The position numbers and the translations under genes are program-made. Source: an uncultured Planctomycetota bacterium (lineage in GTDB: Bacteria > Planctomycetota > Planctomycetia > Isosphaerales > Isosphaeraceae). From it: a stretch of DNA of 64,000 nt. Below the pieces are notes generated by a model. It ran no database searches and was not told the DNA's origin. It worked only from the letters and a program-made list of their open reading frames with translations. Shown here piece after piece: positions 1 to 10,783 of the stretch (within the stretch, counting starts at the first letter, position 1; every line of letters starts with the position of its first letter). The DNA lies in NCBI GenBank assembly GCA_963823665.1, contig CAWGMQ010000010.1:1664001-1728000 (forward strand), written 5' to 3'.

Positions 1-110
1 CGGAGACCCGCGCCGAACTGGCGATCCGTGGCGAGCTGCCGATTCGTGGCTCGTTGCGAGCGAAGGGTTGAGTTTGGCAAGAATGAATGGGGTGTTGCGT
101 CGATCTTGCC

Positions 111-233
111 GAGCGTCGGGCACTCGCCTTCTGCCTGTTCCAATCGACCAGAGGTCTTGGTTTTGCGCCGTACGCGCAAGCCGCAAATGAATGGTCGCGG
201 GGGACCGTGACAAAAGGATGGGGGTCTGGAATC
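111..233. repeat. 123-bp dispersed repeat R, copy 1 (copy 2 at 25266-25388)
   Basis: gagcgtcgggcactcgcctt...ggttttgcgccg...tgacaaaaggatggg..tctggaatc aligns colinearly with 25266-25388. Confidence 0.85.
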
Positions 234-308
234 TTCCGGAATCCCGGAATCCCTCGCGGGCTTTCGTTAATTGGGTGGCGTGGATGTTCCGCGCCGTTGA
301 CACTCTCC

Positions 309-354
309 CCCGGCGTTGACACGCCGGGCTATATGATGTCGCCCCTAGCGGGGC
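309..354. repeat. Double-hairpin REP-like element downstream of the MBOAT gene
   Basis: cccggcgt-tgac-acgccggg followed by gcccc-tagc-ggggc. Confidence 0.55.
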
Positions 355-398
355 TCGGGTTGATTGGGCTGCGTTGATCTCCTCCCGGCGTTGGCCTT

Positions 399-1322
399 CT
401 AGCGTTCGAGTCCCGGCACTCCGGCCAGAACCAGCATCGGCACGATGTAGCCGTTGACGAGCGCGGGGTGGAGGAACAGGCCGACAGGCAGGATAACCAC
501 GGCCGCGGTCCAGATTCGCCCGAGCCAGGGTTGGCCCCGGAGCAGACGGCGGGCGGGGTGGGTGCGTTCGGCCGCCACTCCGAGGTACTGCAGCAGGAAG
601 TAGAGGGCGGGCCTGCCGTAGCCAGCTCGGGCCATGAAGCTGAGTAACTCGTGGTAGAACCCGCTATAGAGGAACACCGCCAGCAGCGCGGCCCGCGCGC
701 CGGCCCGGCGCGCCACGGGGTAGAAGATGACTTCGCGCAACACCCCCGAGACGAGGCGGTTCCAGCGCCGACCCCAGAAGTCGCCGAGCGAGGTCGCGGC
801 GATGGGACAGTCCCAGAGCTTCTCGACCGCGAAGCCCATCGCCCGGAAGATCAACGTATAGAAGTCGAACCGCGCGATGAGGCTAAGGAAGCAGATGCCC
901 ACCAAGCCGATCCAGAGCCGGACCGGAAAGGGCGTCGCGGCCGGCAGCAGGCGCGGCACGAGCCAGAGGAGGGCCGCGCCGGTGGCCACGTTCAGGAGGA
1001 GCCCGCGCACCGTGGGAACCGGGGCCCCGGGCGTGGTCTGCTGACCTTTGAGGAATTGCGCCGGCTGCATCCCCAACCAGACGCAGTAGGCCAGAAACCT
1101 CATTCGGGTGAATCGAGCCCACGACTCCGGCGGCAGGCAGAGCAGCGAGGCCGCCTTCCACGAGGCCATGAGGACAACGGGCTGTCCGATATTGAACGTC
1201 GTCGTCCCTAGCCAGGGCCGGCAGCACCAGAAGGCGGCGAGACCGCCAACCATCAGGGCCCAGGCCAGAATGTACCGGTATAACGGGGCGGGTTGCTGCG
1301 TCGATGGCATGGTCGGTCGCAC
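399..1322 (-). CDS. Membrane-bound O-acyltransferase (MBOAT_2 / wax-synthase-like)
   Basis: Polytopic hydrophobic protein with P-x-x-ATSLGDFWGRRWN and FLYSGFYHE (catalytic His). Start may be ATG 1310. Confidence 0.85.
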   Translation of the reverse strand: MRPTMPSTQQPAPLYRYILAWALMVGGLAAFWCCRPWLGTTTFNIGQPVVLMASWKAASLLCLPPESWARFTRMRFLAYCVWLGMQPAQFLKGQQTTPGAPVPTVRGLLLNVATGAALLWLVPRLLPAATPFPVRLWIGLVGICFLSLIARFDFYTLIFRAMGFAVEKLWDCPIAATSLGDFWGRRWNRLVSGVLREVIFYPVARRAGARAALLAVFLYSGFYHELLSFMARAGYGRPALYFLLQYLGVAAERTHPARRLLRGQPWLGRIWTAAVVILPVGLFLHPALVNGYIVPMLVLAGVPGLER

Positions 1323-1383
1323 TCGTCCTCAGGTGTCCGTCGTCTCGTTGTAGCCGAGCCGGCGGGACGAAACGAGGGGATGT

Positions 1384-1427
1384 CGCTGGGTAGGTCTGGG
1401 TGGTCAACCACCCAGACCTACCCAGCG
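1384..1427. repeat. Perfect 21-bp inverted repeat, GTAG-type REP-like palindrome
   Basis: cgctgggtaggtctgggtggt-ca-accacccagacctacccagcg. Confidence 0.85.
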
Positions 1428-1662
1428 GAATTGTCCCGGTGTGGTCGCCCATGCCGTTGCCCGCCACGCTTTCGATGATCGAAGCCGTCAGCAAGGTCCG
1501 CGGTTCGAGCGGGCCACGGTCAGCCGGCTCCGCCGCGGGGGCGCTGCGCAGCGGTGGCGACTGATGCGAGCGCGAAGCCCGGCGTCGCGCGACTTCGCGC
1601 TCACGCCGTACAGGAATCGCCGGAGAGCGGTCATCGTTTGGGTCCTCGAGTGGGTCGGCATC

Positions 1663-4600
1663 TCAGTGATGCACGAACGAACGGGCAGGCCGGTGAACCA
1701 CCGCCAGGTCCGCGGGGATCGACGGCTGCAAGCGAACGGGATGCCTCGAGCCGATCGTGGCCTCACGTTCGATCACGGCGTCGACCGCGGAGGAATCGAG
1801 GGCGAGGCGGAAGTCGGCCCGGCTCATGGTTGGGGCATTCAGGGTGACGCCGCTCTTGCGGAGAACAGCCACGACATTCGTGCCGTTGTTCAGCGGACGG
1901 CCCAGCGCATCGAGCAGACTGGCGGCATTGACCGTCAGCTCCAGCGCCGGGCTCAGCACGAGCGCCTTGCGGGGCGTCAGAGTCACCGTGAGCATTGTCG
2001 CGTTGTAACTCGCCGAGGCCAGCGCCACCGGCTTGCTCTTTTGCTTCTTCGAGCTGGCCACCGTGACGAGTCTATAGACACCGAGGTTCCGCGCGTCGCT
2101 CGCATTGAGCGCCGCGCTGAATTTCAACACGATCACCTGCGACGTCTTATGCTTGCCCGTCTTGATCTTCTGAATCGAGACGTTCTGGACCGTCGCCAGC
2201 GGAACCGTGACCGTGAGCGTGCCGTCGATGTACGAGATCTTGTAATTGCGCAGACCACTGCCCGTCGCGGCGCTGGGCACGATGGGATACGTGCCCAACT
2301 TCGCCGACGCCGGCGCCCCGGTGCTGGTTCTCGGTCACGCCGGTGATCGTGTCGCCGTTGGCCGTCACCAGGCCGGTTTCGGTGAACGCCGTGCCGAGGA
2401 AGGTCTCCAGCGTGCCGTAGATCTTGCTGCCATTGTGGGCGGTAATAGTCAAGGTTGCCGGGTTGACTGTTTGACTCAGACTGCCTGAGCTGTTCGCAAA
2501 ATTCCCAGTCGGAGTATAGAAAGCAGTGATCGATTGGCTCCCTGCCGGCAACGTCGAGGCGGTAAACGTCGAGGTTGCGCTGTTCCCACTGCCGCTGAGC
2601 GAAGATCCAGACCCGAGATCGGTTGACCCGTAATAGAACGCGACGCTGCCGCTAGGCACGCCACCGCCGGTGTCGCTGACGGTGGCCGTGAATGTCACCG
2701 ACTGGCCGTAGGTCGACGGATTGAGCGAGGAGGTCACGCCCGTGGTGGTGGACACGGGTGTCGTCGTCGGGTCGAAGAACAGCCCGTTGACGATGGCATT
2801 GGTCGGGCCCGTATTCGTGACCGTGATGAGCACGTTACCCGAGATGGTCCAGATCAGGTAGTCGCCGCCCGAGAAATTCGACAGGGTCTCCGTGTCTAGC
2901 ACCGTCCCCGTGATGGCGTCGCTGAGCTGGATTGTCTCGGTACGTCTTTCGGAGTCAAAGTCTGTGGCGTAGAGTTCCAGGTTGTGGGAATTCCCGTCGG
3001 TCACATCGACATCGACCGTGAAGCTGGAGGCGGAGTACCAGTCCGCGGCGATGTGGTTGTTGCTTGAGTTTGGCACGTTTTCCAGAGCGCGGGGATCGCT
3101 GGAGTTGGTCGAGTAGACGTAGGTTGACTGTCCGGCCGGCGTGATGGTGGCGTAGGTGGGTGCGCTGACCGGGCCGTCGATGATGTCGTAGCCCTGGGTG
3201 CCGTAGACACCGACCCAGTTGCCCTGGGTCGAGGTGTCCGTGCCGTTGAAGATTGCGCTCGATGAGCAGCAGACCGTCCCGCTCAGGTCCACGCGCAGCC
3301 CTGTGTAGGTATCGCCGTCGTTGTGGACGATGAAATCGAGCGTGTTCGTGCCGGACTTAAAACTGACGCCACTACCGCTGCCAGTACTCTGGTCGGTGAT
3401 CGTGAAGTAGTGCAGCGTGTCAAATGACGCGGCAGTCGTGGTGCTAATCGTCGCTCCGGGACTCATGACCTGCTCGCCGTTGAGCCAGATCGTGCCTTCG
3501 TTATCGGCCGCCCAATTCCCCGTGAGCACCGCCGTTTGTGGGTTACAATTACAATCCGTGGGCATAACGAACGTGGTTTCGTAATCGTAATAGCCACCGG
3601 GGCTGCCCATGTCATACCCGGACGGATCGGGCGAGATCCACTCCGAACTCGGGCCGTCGGCGACGTACGGGGGGAAGAGGCCCGAGCTGCTGTTGATTAC
3701 ATAGGTGGGTGCGGGGAGAGGCAGGGTGGCGGGTGTGTCGCCGTTTACGGGGGTAACCAGCGTGTAGTGCGGGTCACTGGGCATGGGCGAGACCGGATTC
3801 GTGGACAACAACGCTCCGGAGGTGTTCAGGCCGGTGCCGAACACCGGCAGGGGGACCGGGTCCGCGCAGCAGGCCGTCCCGCTCAGGTCCACGCGCAGCC
3901 CTGTGGGGCTTTCAATGTTTGAGTTGGGGAGGTCGTCGTTGTGGACGATGAAATCGAGATAGTTCGTACCGGTCTGAAAACTGACGCCACTACCGCCGCC
4001 AGTACTCTGGTCGGTGATTACGAAGGGCTGCAGCGTCTGAAATGATGTGCGATCAGTGGTGGTAATCGTCCCTCCGGAACTACTGCTAACCGGCTTGCCG
4101 TTGACCAAGATATAGCCTTCGTTATCGACTGCCCAATCCCCCTTGAGCACGACCGATTCTGGGCTAAGACCCGGGGCCAGGACGAACGTGGTTCGGTAAT
4201 CGTAATAGCCACTGGGCTCGTCTGCGGAATACCCGGTCGAATCGGGCGAGATCCACTCCGATGTCGTGCTGTTGCCGTCGTACAACGCTGGGGAGTTAAA
4301 GATGGTGTCGCTCTTGTTGAGCACATGGGCGGGGGGAGATGGGTACGGGGCGGCGACGTTTGGGGCGGTGAACGTAGGGATGAGGCCGGGCAAAGAACCG
4401 AAGGTGACTGGGGCGGTTGGATTGGGGGTTAGCGGTTGCAGCGTGTAGTGCGGGTCGATGGGCATGGTCGAGACCGGGTTCGTCGACAACAACGCTCCGG
4501 TGGTGCCCACTCCGGTACCGAACACCGGCAGGGGGAGCGGTGCGTTACAGTACAGTTCGTTGCTGACTGACGTGAACTGAATGTTGAAAGTCGAGGTAGT

Positions 4601-5285
4601 GACCCCGATCGCTGTGTCGATTTGAGACGTGAGGTCTAGGTAGGTCCCGGCGGGGGCGGGTTCTATCCCGGGGGCGGGGGGTTCCGTGACATCAATAGAT
4701 GGGATCGGGCTCCCATTCACCGCGCCAGGGCCAAGGGGGTTGAACGGTATAGTCCCCGGTCCGAGGGTGTCTGACAAGAATAGCCAGCCCGCGGTCACGT
4801 TGTCTAGGGATGCCGTCAACGTGATGCTCAGTGTGTCGTTGAGACCATTAGCGCTTCCCTGAACGATTGAAACACCCGGTTCATAGATATTAAAATTGAC
4901 GACATATACACCCACGGGGACGTTTGGGGTGCTTGTCGAGCCCGGGGCGTTCGAATAGGTAGTTTGCCCATCAACCTCCCCAAAATTCGGCGGGGTTCTC
5001 ATTGGTAATTGTTACAATTGAATCATTTAAAGATGAACTGATCGGAGCTGGATTGTTTGGTGGGTAAACATATGGTCCTTCTCCTGGTAGGTTATCGCCT
5101 AATGACGCCAAGATCGCACCACTCGGGTTCGAAGCATCAATTGCAACGTAAACCGCTACCGGTAACTGGGCGAGCAGGCAGCGATTCTCCAGCTCCAAGA
5201 TCTGGGGGCGGGTGGCGTTGCGTCCTCCATTGGGGCGGCGGTGGTGTTTGGAGGGTTTGAACTCACCTGCCAAGGTCAAGTTCAT
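1663..5285 (-). CDS. Large exported protein (~1200 aa): planctomycete export motif, two beta-sandwich lectin-like repeats, Ig-like (Big_3) and MBG-like domains; frameshifts near 4995 and 2333
   Basis: ORFs 4971..5315 (ILELENRCLLA), 2147..5002 and 1663..2298 join into one coherent protein. Repeated LPVFGTG...SEWISPD...YDY.TTF...WA.DNEG; SLNPSTYGQSVTFTATV; GTYPIVPSAATGSGLRNYKISYIDGTLTV. Confidence 0.75.
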
Positions 5286-5459
5286 CTCCCTCTCTGGCTT
5301 CGTCGCGGTCAACATGGCTGAATCCTCCGGGTTGGTTCTCGATCATTGCGCGATGGTCGCTCGGGATCGGTGGAGAATCGGCGGTTGGCTCGCCGAGAAC
5401 CACCGGGTCCGGCCCACCGGCCACCCGGTGATCATGCCTGCGTTCCTCGCTTACAGAGG

Positions 5460-5507
5460 AACTCGCTGGCGCGGCGAATAACCCCGCAACCACGCGCGGA
5501 TTTTTTT
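5460..5507 (-). promoter_or_regulatory. Conserved ECF-type promoter-like motif, copy 1
   Basis: aactcgctggcgcggcgaataaccccgcaacc plus T-run; identical core at 12448 and 16645, 28/32 match at 13900. Confidence 0.6.
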
Positions 5508-5731
5508 CCGAATTGGGTCTGCTCCGCTGGCAGGCTCGGTGCGAGAGTGGTCTCGTGTTGGCAGGGAGCAGCCTGCCGGGATGTCGATCGGGTCGGCATT
5601 CTGCCACGCACGGATCGACTCGCCAGATTAGAGTATTTGCGTGAGAAAATTATGTTTGCATTCCGGTATCCGCCACCCCATCATGAATGCGTCAAACCCT
5701 TCGTTCCTCGCGGTCGAAGGAAGCCGCGCCG

Positions 5732-5845
5732 ATGGACCTGGAAGGTTCGGTCACGCACTGGATCTCTCAGCTCAAGCAGGGCGACCGCGCCGCCGCGGAG
5801 GCCCTCTGGCGGGCCTATTTCCACCGCCGGGAGGGGAATTCATGA
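5732..5845 (+). pseudogene. ECF sigma factor remnant with a 477-bp in-frame internal deletion
   Basis: MDLEGSVTHWISQLKQGDRAAAEALWRAYFHR|REGNS* matches the first 32 and last 5 residues of the ECF at 16926..17516. Confidence 0.9.
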
Positions 5846-8800
5846 GCGGTGCGACCCCGACCGAGGAAGGGGACGGTTCGGCGTCGCTGGGCGGACGCTT
5901 GGAAGAGATATGCGACCGCTTCGAGGCCGCCTGGAAGGCAGGAGAGCGGCCGACGATCGAGGATTACCTCGGTGAATTACCTGAGGCCGATCAGACGGCG
6001 CTGTTTCGCGAACTGCTGGTGCTGGAGCTGACCTACCGCCGCCGGCTTGGCGAACGGCCGACGCAGGAGGGATATCAGTGCCGGTTTCCTGAGCAGGTCG
6101 CCGTGATCAATGCTGTCTTCGGAGCGGAGCCCCCTCTTCGGGCCGCCCGGCCCCGGGCCGGCGCGGACCACAACCTGCTGTTCGGCCTGCTCGCCCTGCA
6201 GAATAACTTCATCGATCGCGACACGCTCGTGGCCGCCTTCGCCGCTTGGGTCACCGACAAGCCCCGGGACCTGGGGCGGATCCTGCTCGAGCGCGGCGCC
6301 GTCGACGCCGACACCCACGCCCTGCTCGAGGCCCTGGCCCGCAAGCATCTGCAGGTGCACCGCGGCGATCTTGAAGAGAGTCTGGCTGCGCTTAGCTCGC
6401 TCGGATCGGTCCGCGCGGATCTGGAAGGGGTCGCCGACCCCGAGCTGCAAACTTGTCTCACCCGCGTCCCCACGACCAACAACCGGGCGGGCCAGGACAC
6501 CTCGGCCCCGCGGGCCGAGACGGCCGGTACCGCGGGTACACGGTTCCGCATCCTGCGGCTGCACAGGACCGGCGGCCTGGGCGCCGTCTACGTCGCCCGC
6601 GACGAAGAGCTGCACCGCGAGGTGGCCCTGAAGGAAATCCGCGAACGACTCGCCCACGACCCGGACAGCCGGTCCCGGTTCGTGCAGGAAGCCGAGATCA
6701 CCGGCCGGCTGGAGCATCCCGGGATCATCCCGGTCTACGGCCTGGGTACCTACGCCGACGGCCGGCCGTTCTACGCCATGCGGTTCATCAAGGGGGACAA
6801 CCTCAAGGACGCCATCGCGCGGTTCCACGAGGCGGACGTCCCGGGCGCGACCCGGGCGGGCGGGCCCTGGCGCTGCGCGAGCTGCTCGGCCGGTTCGTCG
6901 ACGTCTGCAACGCGATGGCCTACGCACACAGCCGAGGCATCCTGCACCGCGACCTCAAGCCGAACAACATCCTGTTGGGCCCGTACGGCGAGACCCTGGT
7001 GGTCGATTGGGGGCTGGCCAAGCCGGTTGGTCGGCCCAAAGAGGGGTCGCGCACCGAGGAGGTGACGCTCCGGCCCGATTCGGCTGGTTCGAGCAAGACA
7101 ACGCTCCCGGGCGACACGCCTGGCACCCCGGCTTACATGAGCCCGGAGCAGGCCGCCGGCGACATCGACCGGCTCGGGCTGTCGTCCGACGTGTACAGCC
7201 TGGGGGCGACCCTCTACTGCCTGCTGACCGGCCGGGCGCCGGTCGAGGACGGGGACATCGAAGCGGTCCTGGATAAGGTCCGACGCGGTGAGTTCCCGCC
7301 GCCGAGGGCGGTGAACCGGGCGATCGACCCGGCAATGGAGGCGATCTGCCTGAAAGCGATGGCGTTGGTCCCCGAAGGCCGCTACAGGTCCCCCATCGCC
7401 CTGGCCGACGACATCGAGCATTGGCTGGCCGGTGAGCCCGTGTCGGCTTACCCCGAGAATCGGACCGAGCGAGTGACGCGCTGGATGGGCCGGCATCGCA
7501 GCGCGGTCCGGGCGGCGCTGGTGACCTCGCTGATCGTGTCCGTCGTTGCGATTTCGTTCGCCTTTTTCCTGGAACAGGCGCGACGCCAGGAGCACAAAGC
7601 CCGGAAGAATGAGCAGCTCGCCCTGGTCCAGGTCCAGAAGGCACGCACCACGGAAGCACTCGCGTTAACCGATGCCCAGCGCCAGCGCGATCTCGCGGAA
7701 GAGAGCTACCGGGTGGCCCGCGAGGCCATGGACGAGCTCGACGAAATCGCTAATACCCCCACTTCGGGCGAAGAAGATTCCCGGAAGCGACTCGCAATGA
7801 TCAAGGCCGTATTGACTGAACGCACCGCGCTCCTTCCTGATCCCATCGCCAATCTGAATCTCGACTTCGAGGCTAAAGATCCACCGCCCAAGAAGCTGTC
7901 CGCGAAGCCGAACGGGTGGGATATCGACGGTGACGGCTACGACATACACCTAGACCCGACGGCCGCGCGGTCGGGCCGGCAATCCCTTCGCATCCGGTTC
8001 AAGCAGGGATCGATGGGTCGGATCGGCCAGGCCTCGCGGGAGATTTCCGTGGCCACGGCGGCGGGGAAGCAGGTCCGCGTCAGCGGGTATATCAAGACCG
8101 AGGGGATCTCCACCGGGTATGCGGGGCTCTGGTGCCGCGTTGATAGCAGAGAGGGTACGATCGCCCTGCACACAATGGGCGAACGGTACGATCACGTCGA
8201 CCCCAAAACCGGCGTCCCTATCTGGAACGACAACTTGAAGGGTCGCGGTGTCCGCGGCACGACCCCGTGGGCCCGATTCCAGATCGAGCTCCGGTTAGCC
8301 TCAGGCGCGACACGACTCGTCTTCGGCGGCCTGCTGACCGGCGACGGCACCGCGTGGTTCGACGATCTGGCGATCGAGGTCGACGGCAGGCCGCTGGCGT
8401 CGGCAGTCGCCGCGCTCCCCATGCCCCGACCTTCCGCCGACCTGAACCTCGGATTCGAGGTCGATGAACCGAAATTGGAGACGCCGAAGGGATGGAGAGT
8501 GAGCGGGAGGGGCAGCAGCCCGTCAGTGGGAGGGGGAAAGGGCTACGAGTCCGAACTGGATGCGACGACCGCGAGATCGGGCCGGCAGAGTTTGCGAGTA
8601 CGTTCCACCGGGGAACGAGGAGAAGGCCAATTCGGCGTCTTCGGTCAGCGCATCCCGGCCTCCGTGGCTGCCGGAAAGCGTGTTCGCGTTAGTGGCCACA
8701 TCAAGACCGATGGAATCACGGAAGGGTACGCGGGCCTGTTCTGCAGGATCGACGGGCAATACGATACGACGCTCGCGGGCGACAACATGGCGGTCCGTTG

Positions 8801-9527
8801 GGAGTACGGTGGAGTCCAAAAAAGAGACGATCGCGGAGTCCGCGGCACAACGGCGTGGAAACATTACCAGATTGCGCTTGACGTCCCCGCCAGAGCGACG
8901 ATCATCACCTTCGGCGGCCTGCTGACCGGCGACGGCACCGCGTGGTTCGACGATCTGGCGATCGAGGTCGACGGCAGGCCGCTGGCGCGGTCACTCGCGT
9001 ACGAGCCCACAAGAGAGCAGGTCGTCTCGGGCTTGACCAAGGAATATCATCCTTGGAATTTCTCCGTGGACCAGCCAGCTCACTGGACGACGTTGAATAC
9101 CCGCGACGTGTCCGTCGAGGGGAAGGCACTTTTCGCCTGGCGTACGCAACCACAGAATGAAGTGGTCATTTTCATTCTGAAAGAAACCCAAGCGCACAAC
9201 CCACGCATCCTGCTCAACCAATTCGCTCTGGCTGTAAGACAAGCGTATAAAGCTGAGGTCAAAGCCGCCGAGGTCAAGGCGGTCGCCGGCATGCGGGCGA
9301 TGTGGTTGGTATTCACAAGCAAGGGGACCGGACGGATGGTTGACGGAGTCGGAGACATCCCGACGACCCAGCACCGGGTCGAAATCCCGCGCGAGAAGGA
9401 CAGATTGGTACTGATGCTTACGTCGCCAACGGATCGCTATCCGGCCGCCTTGAAGGAATTCGAGGCGATGCTCAAAACACTCAAAGTCGAGGGCACGCAG
9501 ACCAAGGAGCAGGCCGAGGCCCAATAA
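5842..9527 (+). CDS. Membrane Ser/Thr kinase with two C-terminal galactose-binding/CBM-like domains and a PsbP-like final domain; frameshift near 6846
   Basis: GGLGAVY, VALK, HPGIIPVY in frame 5641; HRDLKPNN, DWGLAK, GTPAYMSPEQ, a TM helix and duplicated NL.FE...GKxVRVSG.IKT...GYAGL...GVRGTT.W in frame 6453. ATGA overlap with the ECF stub. Confidence 0.85.
8321..8987. repeat. 79-bp identical direct repeat (8321-8399 = 8909-8987) at the ends of the two sensor domains
   Basis: cttcggcggcctgctgaccggcgacggcacc...ggcaggccgctggcg present exactly twice. Confidence 0.95.
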
Positions 9528-9529
9528 TC

Positions 9530-10578
9530 CGCTTGGCCGGGAATTCCCCCGGTCTCCTTGACCAATTCCTAGGCAATGTCGCGGATGGCCGGGTCGTCGC
9601 TCTGGACGCACGCGGTGCTCCGCCTCCAGGGCGCCGCTTCCTGGGGTGCTTCGGGCCGGGCCGTTCGAGGAAGTGGGGCGTCCTTGCGCCGACCGACCAG
9701 GACCAGCGCCTCCAACCGGACCAGCGCCCCCTCCGGCGTCGGCGCCACGGTGACCTCTCAGAGCCAGTTGCGTTCATCGGGACGCCGCACCCGGCGGTAG
9801 CTCTTCAGGGCCCCGGGTGGTTCGACCTTGAGGTCGAAGGTCAGGGGGACCTGGTCGCAATAGGTGCCGGGGATGGGGAAGTTCAGGACTCCGACGTCAT
9901 CGCGGTTGCGGGTGGCGACGACAGCCTGGGCGCTGGCGTGGATGACGCCCAGCCCGTCGAGCGGGGGGGCGGGCCGCGCGGGGGCCGGCCGCAGCAAACG
10001 CGCGAGGAGACCGCCTGGCGGCTTGGGAAGCCCCGGACCAGCCTTCTTCGGGCCGCCGACTCGGAGATGGGCGTCGGAGACCGAGATGGGCTGGGCGGTC
10101 GCGTTGATGACCCAGGCCGTCAACGTCGCCGTGCCCGGGGGGACAACATAGTCCCGGGTCAATTTGGTCCATTTCCCGGCGACCAGGTCGAACGGAGTGC
10201 TCGACTGAAAGGTGAGATCGCGATCCTTGTCGTAGCCGATCACATTGACAGACGCCTTCTGCCCGTCGGTGTGCCCGCGGACCTGGCAGTCGAAGCGGAG
10301 TTCGCTGTCCGCGGGCACCGGGCTGATGGCGACACCCACGTGCGACCACGACTGCGGCCCCGGCTCGACACCGTCGAGCCGCACAGAGGCGCTGTCGCCA
10401 TGACGAAGCTCCGGCTCGGGGACGGCACCTCGGAGGTACCACCCCTCGGCCCGGTGCTCGAAGGTGGGGTTCTTGAAGAGCTCGGAACCCTGGGGATCTC
10501 ACGAGCCCCCAAAGTCCGGCACAGCCCCAGAAGCGTCAAGACGACCAGGGCCGATGCGAGGTAAAGCAAGCATCTCAC
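9530..10578 (-). pseudogene. Disrupted exported CBM-like + transglutaminase-associated protein (frameshift ~10490, stops at 9758 and ~9570, truncated)
   Basis: RBS aaggag before GTG; signal peptide; NPTFE beta-sandwich; downstream W..STACVQSDDPAIR segment typical of the region preceding transglutaminase cores. Confidence 0.55.
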
Positions 10579-10620
10579 AGGGATCTCCTTTCTCGAACTA
10601 ACGGTGGCGGGCATACCCGA

Positions 10621-10686
10621 GGTCAGACTTGGTTTTTGGGCTATGCTAGAGCGAAAAACCAAGACCAAGTCTGACCCCACGAGCTT
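10621..10686. repeat. GGTCAGACTTGGT...ACCAAGTCTGACC inverted-repeat element, copy 1
   Basis: Arms 10621-10633 and 10664-10676; homolog at 13433-13523. Confidence 0.85.
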
Positions 10687-10783
10687 TACGAGGACTTTGC
10701 GCCTCGGCCGCCGTCGGCTTCCACGGCCAGCCCGACACCAAGGCGGTGCGGTTCCCGCGCGACAGTGGTGCGACCAAGCCTTA

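Noticed and set aside
5460..5491. The four-copy motif as a riboswitch or ncRNA
   Set aside because: Only a weak 5-bp hairpin, no recognised aptamer; position and spacing fit a promoter better
9758..9760. TGA as selenocysteine in NWL*EV
   Set aside because: The gene also has a frameshift, another stop and truncation; simple decay is more likely and no SECIS was evident
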